Below, one piece after another: positions 26,544 through 37,600 of a DNA stretch of 64,000 nt. Position numbers and translations under genes: made by a program. This DNA comes from Pocillopora damicornis (Eukaryota), in contig NW_020847344.1 in assembly GCF_003704095.1 (NCBI RefSeq), positions 1-64,000 of the forward strand, given 5' to 3'. The notes beneath the pieces were generated by a model. The model did not search any database. It was not told the DNA's origin and saw only the letters and a list, made by a program, of their open reading frames with translations. The first letter of the stretch is position 1; each line of letters begins with the position of its first letter.

Positions 26544-29500
26544 CAGAAATGGTAAAGACGATAGAGGTAAAGATGTTTGCAAAGCCAGCTCCTGGGTTCC
26601 ACCTCTTATCAATTTTCAAACTAAATCATGTGTTAAGATAAAATTCTGCCAAGCAAAACCTAAAGATACCGAGTCTTGTGATGTCCAAGCTGCTCGCTAT
26701 GTTGATGATGGTCAATGGACGAACTTTACCGACTTTCAGCGAAAGTTTTGGACCAAGAAAAACAAGAAAGATATCTACCTAGAGGTAAATAAAGCCATAC
26801 GAGTCAGCTGGGATAAGCTGTTGGGCGCTCCAAACTGTGAGATCACCAGAGGGTTAACGTTGTTTACACTAGAACTTATATCTGTAGGGGGTCCACTTTA
26901 ACGATAAAAAACCGTTCGGAGGAGTCGAACCTAAAGCATTTCAATGAATTTTACAGTTAAGCTATCGGAAACTCGAGGCTAAATCTATGTATTCTGTCCT
27001 AGCCTTAGCCGTTTTCCGTTACCATAAATATTTCTGAGGGAAGGGGTGCGAAGTGGACTGCCAATAAACTGCCGCGACATAGCAGTTTTCCATTTTTTTT
27101 CCTCTGCCTTGCTTGCAGAACTTCCATCCCTCCTGCTCTCGGCAAAGTCCTTTTTTTCCCTTCAAAAGCAGATCATTTTCGACAAAGCATCTCTGCCACA
27201 ACAATACATTGATAATGGAAGGAAAGAGCCAATGTAATTTTGGTTTTCTGTTTTTTTATTGTATTTTAATCTGTATCTAGTGGAACAAATCATCGGTAAC
27301 GAATTTCACAGGGAATCTTGTTGTCATCAACGTAAAGTGTAAACAGAAAGGCAAAGGAAAAGATTTTGCTTCCTGCTTCATTTTCAAGACAGCTGGGACA
27401 TTTACAGGTTGGTAAAGACTCTGGTCAGTCATAAAAAAAGTAGGATGAATCAATCTAACCGACTGAATCCCTCATGGAGTGCATTTGGATTGCGCAACGT
27501 GAAACCAAAACCAAAATAATTGAGAGAAAAAAATGACTAGGAATAAATGAGAACTCCAAGTAAAAACAAGCAAACCTCCTAAGGCACGGAAAGCGCAAAT
27601 GACTCGATTGTTTTAAGTTTTGTGGCTGATTGGTTGAGAGAGAGGCACTAGTTTTCTGAACCCATCACAGAGCGATGGGATACAGATTCATTTACTCAAG
27701 TCCTCATTTTACTAATTTACTCGCTCGCTCATATCTAGCCACAGAAAAATGTACCGAACCATTCACGACAAAACCAGCGACAGCAAAACAAATGACAACA
27801 AAAAACACCTCAACAAAATTATCAACAGCAGAAACTGCCACATCAAAAGAAACTCTGCCACCAACAACACAAGCAGAGGTAACAACAAGAAAAAGAACAA
27901 CAGCAAAATCAACTGCAGAGATCCAATCCACAAAAGAACACAGCACAGGAACGACCCCCATCAGCCAGACCGAGTTGTCGACGAAATCATCCGAGACTCC
28001 GCCGACTTCCTCAAGCGACACAGATACCACACCTAAAAAGACTCCTACTGTTATCTCCATGACAACGACAGAAAGGAGCAGTCCTGGTAAAGACAAGAAT
28101 ATAGACAAGTCAACTGACGTAAACGGCAGCAGCAGAAGAACAGTTCTAGTTGTATCTGTGTTATGTTCACTTGTGGTAGTCGTCGCCATGTTTTTCGTAT
28201 CAGCTTGGCTCTGGAGAAAACGGTAAACGGCGTGAGTTTGTTTTTATGATATGATCTATGTTTTAAGCTATTTTTCCTGTATTTTCTATTTTCCTGATGT
28301 ACATCATCGCCACAAGCACTTTATTACGAGCATCCACGCAAAATATTTTTAATTTTCAGTTAGCAAGAGCACTAACTANNNNNNNNNNNNNNNNNNNNNN
28401 NNNNNNNNNNNNNNNNNNNNNNNNNNNNNNNNNNNNNNNNNNNNNNNNNNNNNNNNNNNNNNNNNNNNNNNNNNNNNNNNNNNNNNNNNNNNNNNNNNNN
28501 NNNNNNNNNNNNNNNNNNNNNNNNNNNNNGTTACTCAAGAAGCGATCAGCAAAGTACTAATCAGTGTAAGTGAATGGTTAACCTGAGTATTTTACTTCAC
28601 CACGATATTGTAGAACACTGTAAAAACCTCCTCCTCTCAATTGCTGCAAGTAAAGGTCCAAACTACAAGTTATGTGTTTGGACTGTTAGGAGCAGAAAGC
28701 CCAAAGAAAATTAGTACAAAGGAGAGGCATCAAGAGACTGCAATGTCGAGGTCTTTAGCGTCATCAGAACGCGGAATCCGAAGGTCTGGGTTCCATTTTT
28801 TGTAAGGAAGTAGGACTCTCTCTTTTTTTTTTACCTGCTTGTGAAATGATTATATATATCTCTCTTTGGTTTCTAAATACCTTTGCAATTGGTTGATCTA
28901 GTTTTCTTTACCTTTTTTTATATTTTCTACGGTTTTCGATTCTCTATTTAGATTTTTGTATCTGCCAAGTTAGAGTTAGTGGTTATTACATCTCATGTGT
29001 CTTAGTACAGAGTATCTTACATTTATTCATATCATTGTCACCATTATAGTCGATAAACCAGAAGATCACGTCCAAAACACACATGAGAATGCCTATCAAC
29101 TACTAAAGTATGACGGGAAATCAAAAGATCAGACTCAATGGGAACAACCGGCCTATGAGGGCCTCGTCAAGGGTTCAACTGCGAAAGACTGGGGAGAGGG
29201 AGAAGTATATACAAATCCTACAGTGTATCAACAACTTGACAAGTCTAATATCACCACTGAAAATGATTATTTAGCGGCTTATCATCCTCTTATGAAACAG
29301 CTCCAGTCCAAGGTATGCATTTTAATCCCATACAGTTCCCTACCCTGGCCTTAACCCGGAAAGAGGTGGTTCTCTTTTTAAGACAGGAACGCAAAGTGGG
29401 GTAGAGCAGAAGTCGTCTTTCATATGACAAAAAAATTATTTTGTTAAAAATGACTTTTGAAAAAAACAATTATGTCTTCTTATAGCTATTGCTCCAAAAC

Positions 29501-29839
29501 CATTGGAGCAATAAATATTGTTTCAGTGCTTGTTAAAAATAGGGGGACGTAGTCATCATGCAACGAGAAAAAATGTACCTACCGAATCAATCTCATTTGT
29601 AATTGCTTATAGTAAAGCGCAATACCTCCTTTCCGCAGTCGAGGACGAAAATGGCGATTTGCCGTTGATGTCACAAAATTCACATGCATTTTCTAATTGC
29701 TACTTTCTCATAGTCTGAGCAAGTCGCCGAATATGACCAAGGGTACCTGGTACTGGTTGGAGAGCATAGCAAAAGAGAAGAGACCGCTGATCAAGAGGAC
29801 CCGTATTACTACAAAGTTGAAAGTAACATGCCTCAGTAA
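25559..29839 (+). CDS. Type-I single-pass receptor (paralog 2 of 9688-15027) with a poly-Asp insert, Thr-rich stalk, TM helix and tyrosine-motif tail
   Basis: Exons 25559-25919, 26462-26784, 27281-27407, 27739-28222, a probable exon partly in the gap and ending at 28565, 29050-29312, 29714-29839. The first four intron phases (1,0,1,2) match paralog 1. Motifs: NVTRLEENDKFTN...CCQWCQCKSDHPIY; W...G.....C.....SC..FK..G; TM VLVVSVLCSLVVVVAMFFVSAWLW followed by RKR. Confidence 0.8.
26497..26544 (+). repeat. (GAT)15-GAC coding microsatellite encoding Asp16
   Basis: Directly visible and in frame within exon 2 of receptor paralog 2. Confidence 0.9.
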
Positions 29840-31037
29840 TCAACCGTCTGTTTTGTTGTAATTTTCGGTAAAATGATGAGAGATGAACTCATTCTTCATG
29901 GCTCCAAGTCAAGAGAACGAAAACGATCTGTAAAAGTTCATGTGATACTACGAATTGATTAGGATATGATTGCTTATTGTAAAGCCTGTTATCCTTCTTG
30001 TTTGAGTGCGTGACAAAAATTGATAGTTGAGGAAGTGGTTTCTGTACATTACTAATGTGCTGACAAGGAAAATTACCTTACAATTAAGAGGTTCTTAAAC
30101 TGGTGATCATTTCCTTTATTCTCATGACATTAACGTGAGCTTCAGTGGTGATATTGCAAAGGAGAAATTAGATGTCAGTCGCTCTGAGGGGTAAATGAAT
30201 TAAGACGAGTCCTGGTTTAAAACTCTTCATTCACCTAAAATAATTTCTCCAGGACTGACAAAGCGAAAGCTGAATCAGAACTTACTCAGCGGTCCCGTAT
30301 GTGTTCCTGCGCAACTCTAATTATTGACCCCAAAATGTTGTGGTAAACTTGCTTGTAGCCATCGCCTCTCGTTTTTACTGCCCAAATAGGGCAGCTACAC
30401 AAGCTCCGACAGCGGCGCCGAAGAACCTTTCTGAACTACCACCTCCACACTCCCGTTTCCCTCGCGAGCATTTTGTATTCGAAATTAGTCAAAACAAATT
30501 TATCAAACTTAAAACTCACTACATAAACTGCCTTGAAATATCCGGAAATTTGGAAATTTCGGAAATTTCCTGTTCCATATGCGATTTCTTTCAGCTTTAG
30601 TCGTACGTACAGATACTCTTTCATCCATGCATGGCTTTTGAATATCCATCAATAGATTATAAAATGATATCCATGTCGTCATCCTTTATGTAGTAAGTTT
30701 AAAGTTTGGTAAATTTGTTTTGATAATTCTGTCGAAAGTTACTTAGATGTTTATACGACCACTGTCGTGAAACGACTACATTCCATCCACTTCACTCGTC
30801 GACCTCCTGCACGTGATTTCAAACTCCTTAAACCCGTTTTATTTGACCACCCAAATTTCTAAAACCTCAAACCCTGGTATTTTGTCAAATGGAAAGCTTA
30901 TTTGATAGGAGAATAGCAATACAAAATGGCTAGGGGTTGAAAATCACTTCAATGACCTGAGCTCAACCTGGACGAGATTCTCCTTATCCCAAAAGACATA
31001 AGACGTTGCTATTCATAGCGCAAATAACCAAACACGA

Positions 31038-31188
31038 CAGGCCCCAGTTGTTCGAAGGTTGGATAACGCTATCCACTGGATAAAACTCTATCCGGTGGAT
31101 AACGCTATACATTTTGCTATCACTTATTCGCCGGATGGCAATTTATCCGTTGGATAGCGTTATCCGCCTCTTATACAAATGGGCCCAG
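31038..31188. mobile_element. Palindromic ~150-bp MITE upstream of MFSD3
   Basis: ggccccagttg...ggataacgctatcca at the left end mirrors tggatagcgttatcc...caaatgggccc at the right end; nested internal hairpins. Confidence 0.7.
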
Positions 31189-31588
31189 ATTGCTAGATTT
31201 CTCAACGAAATAATAAAAAAGAGCCTCTATGTTTAATTATTTTCGGTAATTTTTATCTTGCAAATCACTGTTTTTGCTTAAAAACTGCCAAAGGAGGTAT
31301 GCACAAGGGTAAAATTACAGTTAATGATCGGTAAGAAATAGTTCTCCGAAAGATCAAATTTTGAATTGGTCATAATTTTTCTGAAGGGAATGTTCTCTAA
31401 GGGTAAATCTCTGACCTCGGTAAGGAATAACTTGAGATTAAGAAGATTTTACTCGGACGTGGGACGTAGGACGTGAGCTGGATTTCCGGCATCACGCAGA
31501 TGGCCACGCAAACGGAAATGATCGGTCACGTGGATACCGTTGAGTCCTGATAGACACGAAAGGAAAAATTCTTATGTAACATCCAACC

Positions 31589-33805
31589 ATGCAAGGTCCT
31601 CGTATGTGGTATCAATTTTTCTTGGCCTCACAATATGCTTTGCAAGGTATACTATACGGACTTCAACTAAGATATCTTCCCATAATTCTGCGCAAATCTG
31701 GATCGTCGCTTCTTCTCGTGGGATCTCTGAATCTGCTGACGTTCCCTTGGCTTTTAAAATCTCTGTGGGCACCGATCATCGATATCTACGGTAACAAAAC
31801 CTTTTGGCTCTCGACAAGTTATGCAGGAACTGCGCTTGCACTTTTACTTGCAAGGGTTGACGACAGAATTATTTTCATAACCTCATTGGTATTACTTAAT
31901 CTATTTTCTGCCACGGTTGATTTGACGCTTGGAAAAATACTGCTGTCAAAATTTCATGGAGACCAATTATCAAGGGCAAGTTCACTTCAGATCATTGGCT
32001 ACAAAATTGGCTTTTTAATAGGAGGAGGTCTGACTCTATTAGCTGCGGAGTATTCCTTAATGAGAAAAGAAATATTCTTTGCCCTAGCTATCTCTTATTT
32101 CTCCCTGATGGTGACACTTTTTGTCACGAAAAGCTACGTGACGCCCAACGTTTGTCCTAAACCTGAAATATTGCGTTACTCAGAGACCACACGGATGAGT
32201 GGGTTCTCGCGCACACCAGGGTTGCAATGGATGATAGCGTGCGCGTGTGTGTATAAATATGCGTCGCACTCTTCGCAGTCAATATTCACCATGTTCCTGG
32301 TAGATACCGGAGAGAGCCTTGGCCGTATTGGCTTCTTGTCTGGAATGGTGGGTCAAGGTATCTCAATTGCTGTTGCTTCTATGTGGGGAGTGGCTCTGTC
32401 AGCAAAAAGGTGAGATAGAGGGGATTTGTAAATTTTTCATAGCTTTTTTTTTTTTCCGTTTTTAAGATAGAATCTGCTCGTAAATGAAGACTGAAAATTA
32501 AAAGTAGTCTTTCTTTTGGCAATCTTACATACGTTTACTTCATCATTTGTCGCTCAGCCTTTAACCCGTGCAAAGTTGCGACCTTCCCCTAACCTTTTAA
32601 CTCCCACATCACATTTGCAATTCTCCTTACTGTCAACAATACAATTCTTATAATGTTAGCTCAGAGAATTTAGTATTGGATCAACTAATTATCCCCAAAT
32701 TGCTATATCTCTTTATTCTCATCACTTATCTGGTTGATATTGTACTGATATTGTAAGGAGAAATTCTGTCTTGGTCACTCATGGGAGTTGGAGGGTTAAG
32801 AAAAATCGGCAACGGAACCCAATTTTCCAATTTTCTAGGGGTGGAGGTCACTGTACACGAACTGGGTGGTTTTTTTATCTTAGAAGATATAATTTTACTT
32901 TAAAATATTCGGATATGTTTAGGAATGAACGTAGTGCCATACTCCAGTCGTACAAATTTTAAATTACCGCACCGCAGCATAATTTACCAAACGGCAACAA
33001 ATTTTTTAAGGATGGGGAGGGTACACATATGTAAACCTGCTTTCTTTCAATTTGATACTTTTAGATTTATGGTATGGTAATAAAGTTAATACCCGTTGTT
33101 TTCATTTTTGTCCAATTCTAGGATACTTCCTACGCAGCTTTTCCTTCTGACGTCTTTGTTATCTGTTTGTTCAGTTTTCGCTCAGCTTTGTGTTGTCTGG
33201 TTGAATGACACGAAGTTTATAGCCCTTGGTAAGTGTTAACTCCTGAGAGGGTCTGATTAGGAGTCATGTGCGGTGATACATTACTTTAGCTACTTTCCAA
33301 TTACTCGCAATGTTCTGTTCTTTAGCAAGTTGCTTGACGTGTCAATCACGCAATGTGTCAAGGTGTGTCCATTTTCCTTGTGGACGGTTTCGTGGGTACA
33401 CCGAAAACTCCATAGCTGAGCAATTCAATTGTCAAACGTCTGGCTTGTGCTTACGTGGAAACAACCAAGAAGCAGCCTGACATCTTGATCACTAATTGTT
33501 TATCTAAGTTTCTATGTTTTTCACTTACAGTATACCTGATGCTCAGTGTAGTTCATGGGTCCCAGGCCACTCCTGTCTATACACTCATGTTGCGATGTTC
33601 CCAGAATGCACCCCAATCCGTGCAAACGACTTGTTACTCTTTCCTTGGTACGTTGGAAATTCTTGGTAAACAGTTTTCGTTGTTCATAGCAGGAGTCCTA
33701 ACAGAGGCATTGGGATATGTGGCTGGTTTATACATCTCACTTGTGGTCTCCTTTTTTGTTGTCATTTTAGTTTGGCATTGTCCGAAATATCTTCGATGCC
33801 CTTAA
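31589..33805 (+). CDS. MFSD3: Major facilitator superfamily domain-containing protein 3 (AmpG/SLC33-related transporter), 3 exons, 400 aa
   Basis: Exons 31589-32409, 33122-33228, 33531-33805. Motifs YALQGILYGLQ, PWLLKSLWAPIID, NLFSATVDL, QIIGYKIG and YSFLGTLEILGK, with many hydrophobic helices. Confidence 0.85.
32590..32799. mobile_element. Second copy of the TTAA-MITE family (MFSD3 intron 1)
   Basis: Aligns end to end with 4790-5000, sharing cagagaatttagtattggatcaactaattatccccaaatt and ggagaaattctgtcttggtcactcatg. Confidence 0.75.
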
Positions 33806-34662
33806 AGAATTGATTTTCAAAACATTACAACCAACGGATGTGATGAAATAGTTGAATAGACAGAATAAGATAACAAATGTAAAGTGTTTCATTAGTGCTT
33901 CATGTAACTTAAAGCATAAAAAATGTGCTGAAATTTCTAGTCTTGCAGATTGGCGATTTGTTGCCTCTCACGGAAGCAAATTTTTGCGCCTCAAGGGGGT
34001 TGAGCACATCAAATCGAGGTTTACCAGTAAATTATACCGAATAAACCAGGGCAAATAAAAAAGCAGATAATTTTTGTTTGAATGCTTTCTCTTGACTTCC
34101 CCACATATTTTCTTAAGTTGTAATCAGGAGTTTCAACGCGTTAAGAAGCATGAGAGAGAAAAACCCTTACGTACATAGCCTAATAAATACACGTTATTCG
34201 ATGCATGGTTAAATCGATAATTAAAGCGCTGAGGTAAGTTTCCACTTGTTTTATATTTTGATCCATCGAATAAGGGATTTTTATTTCTCAATTGTTTCTT
34301 TTTCCACTATTTTGGCTTCTGGAAATATATCCTGCAACGTTATTTGAGAATCGCACCAATCGCGTCGGGTGTGCGCTTGAGACGGAAACAACTCAAATTT
34401 AGTGTCCTTTACGACGAACAAAAAAATAGCATTTCACTTAAATGGGCCTTCCTTGCTCCACTTTCCGTCCAGCTCTTTGAAGTAATAACGGGTGCCATGA
34501 GACAGAAATGAAAATCGAACAAGCGACTGACAACTACACCAGAGGGAGATAAAAACACCAACATCGGTCGCAACAGATTCAAATTTAATTTTTTAATATT
34601 TATGAATATAGGCAACAATTTCAATCAAATTATTAAAATATAGACCGACCGCGTATTATCCT

Positions 34663-37600
34663 TCACTCTTGATCAGCTGTGTTGTTGCTGTTACAGGAAA
34701 TAAAATCTTGAACTTGACGAACAAACTGAAGAAACTCAGGCAACTCGGCACAGATTGTTAATGGTTCCCAGTCGCGTTCGTTGAGGAGCTGATCCCATTT
34801 TTCACAATGAAGGTGAATATCCGTCTAAGGGTATGAATGATTGAAAAGAAGTGAATAGAGGAAAAAGAGAAGTTAGCTCGAAAATAAATGAACCTCCTAG
34901 CTAACGACACCGCTAGCTGACGATTCAAACTAATTGAAAAGATATTTTAAAAAAATTCGGGTAATTTAATGAGGAAAAAATTTCTTTTTAACGATTAGAT
35001 TATTCGCTCTCGATTTTTTTCACGTGATATCGAGTGAGGGCAGAAATCGAAAGCGAATAATTTAATCCTTTCACTATAAATCTACTACTCGTTGAAAACG
35101 TAACATCGAGACGGGCTCTTTTTTCATTTTATTTTGTTTGGAACTGTACATTGTTAGGTCACCTCCTGTGCTCTGTGACTATCGCGGAAATAAATAGCGA
35201 GAAGCGTAGTTACTCAGATTGCACCAATTGTGATTGAACGCTAAATTTGTACTAAAATAAGTCGTAATATAACTGTGTTGTTAACGACAAATCTCCTACC
35301 GTCACTCTGTTTTCCTCATCTTTGAGATCACTGCACCAGGATCTTTCATCAGAGACAATCATGGTAAATCCAGGCCGAGGGGTGAACAAAGTTCGGCGGG
35401 AACATCTCCGATGAGTAAAGTTAAATCCTTGGGGTAATTTCTCGTCTTCTGGAAGGCGTAACCCGTCGGCATCGGAGAATGTCAACTTAGAAAGATAATT
35501 TGATATGAGGTGTGTCGCTTCTTTCTCGCGCACAAGGCTGTTGTTAGCAACTAAATCATCTGAGGAAAAAAAAAAGCCGTTGGATTAAACATTAGTATTT
35601 ATGTTGGTTTCGCATTCATAAACTCACTCACTAGCCCGTTATTTAATCAACTTTCCAAATATGCTAATAGTTTCAAGATTTAAAGTATATTTTTCGTGAG
35701 TTTTAGGCTATAAAGTGGCCATCTTGCGTTGCCAAAATTTATTCCAACAGAAACTTGGCTCTTGCAAATGAAACTGGACTGTTGACCCAAAAAATCGACC
35801 AAAATATTAACATAGGAATAATTTCATACTTATCACATTTGCAACAAGGGAGGGAAATATCAATTCACCTCTTACTTACTCACTCACTTTCTCGTTTTGC
35901 TCGCTCAGTCAGTCAGTAAATCAAAGGGAGTGAGTTTCCAAAGTAACTGTGGTGGTACGTCAGTGGGGTAGGCAGGTCAGTAGTCAGGAGGTCAGTCCAT
36001 TGGTCAGTCACTGAATGACTCATTCACTAAGTAATGCATATGTGATATGACACACACAGACAACTAGAGATATAAGACCTTTCGTAGACTCACCCGTAAG
36101 TGCACGCAAGCTTATCCTGCAATCAACGTCTGAACCTGGAAAAATGATGTTAACCTGGAGAAATTTCTTGGACTGTAAAACCAGCCACCCTCGACACCTC
36201 GCCCTTGTGGAATCATCCTCAAACCGCAGTTCTTCAACAACATTTTTCAGGTCATGGAAAGGAATCGGTATTTCTTCAAGTTTCTTTCCCACATCTTTAT
36301 TTGCTACCCATACCTAAGTTGTCATGAGAAAAAGCCACTTAAAAATTGAAAAAAGCCAAACATGAATAATTGAGAGAACGCAAATTTTCTTAATACATAT
36401 AAGGTATTGTAGATGTCCAACAAATTACAAAAAATTGTGGATGAGAAAGTTTTGAATCAATGAAACTCAACATTTATCAGTTTTTTAAAGCGTGTTTTCC
36501 TGAACTGTTCTGAACCTATATAAGAAGGAAATTAATTTGCTCAGCAATCCCCATTTAGCTTTCCTATCATTATTTTTGTATTTTATTATGCCTCTGCTCT
36601 TGTATGCATGCACTATGGACAAGCATTCATTAAGGGAAACTACATTGCATTATGGGTACAGTTAACCTCTTGTACGTGAATGTGTATATGACTTCGAAAC
36701 AGAAACCGGTTCATGTCATTTCAAATGGTGAAAGTGGTAAACTTGCCTTACATCGCATTGCTTGGCTTTTCGGGGACAAAAACGTCAAGTCATATCTTGC
36801 CATGAAGTCCTCCCCTATCTGATCACCAAATGTATCGCTCACCACTTTGTCAGCAAGGTTCACGCCCTCTTTAAATGCCACAAGCCATTCGTTTTTTTTC
36901 TGTTCTGTTCTTTGAAGCTTGTTGAGTGAATCAGCAATGCTCCACGTCTCCTCGAGGTCGGCTGTTGACAAATGTAGTTTTCTAATTACTTGATGTTACA
37001 TTGTCAAAATGGTGTCTTTTCAGCTATGCAGACCAGGCCCAATTCCTTTAAAATTAACCAATCAACGACAAGATTTTTCGCCCGCGATTTCTATCCCGTG
37101 ATAGTTAGTAAGGGTGAAGCTCGAAGAAACTATCTCGCATAGAAATTGAAAGCGAATAATCTAATTTCCTTCAGCATAAATCTACTAATTACCCAAAACT
37201 TAACAACAAGACAGGCACAAGTTTTTATTTTATTTTGATAACAACCATACAATGTTAGGTAACTCACGTTACTCACCATCCCGGAAAAGATAGCGAGTAA
37301 CGAAACGCTTAAACTCGAAACGTCATCTTTAGAAACCCTTTATTGTGACCCAATTTATGTTATCAACCCAGTTAATAAAACCAAGTNNNNNNNNNNCCAG
37401 AGCTTCTTTAGAAACTTACCCCCTTTACCCCCTTTATCTAGCGAGTACAATAGCCAATCAGAATAAGGAATTTGTGATAGGACGATAACTAATGTATGCT
37501 AAACACTAAACTGTGATGGATGATACTTGTGTCAATGGACGATAGGCTTTCCCTTAACAATTTTGAAAGAGAACTTAGAATTCTCCAGTTAATTATGATA

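Noticed and set aside
26288-26602. Minus-strand poly-His and poly-Ser ORFs
   Set aside because: Antisense readings of the (GAT)n tract; the + frame has the splice sites and paralog homology.
30543-30570. GGAAATTT x3 NF-kB-like sites
   Set aside because: Looks like a short internal tandem repeat within repeat-like sequence, with no supporting context.
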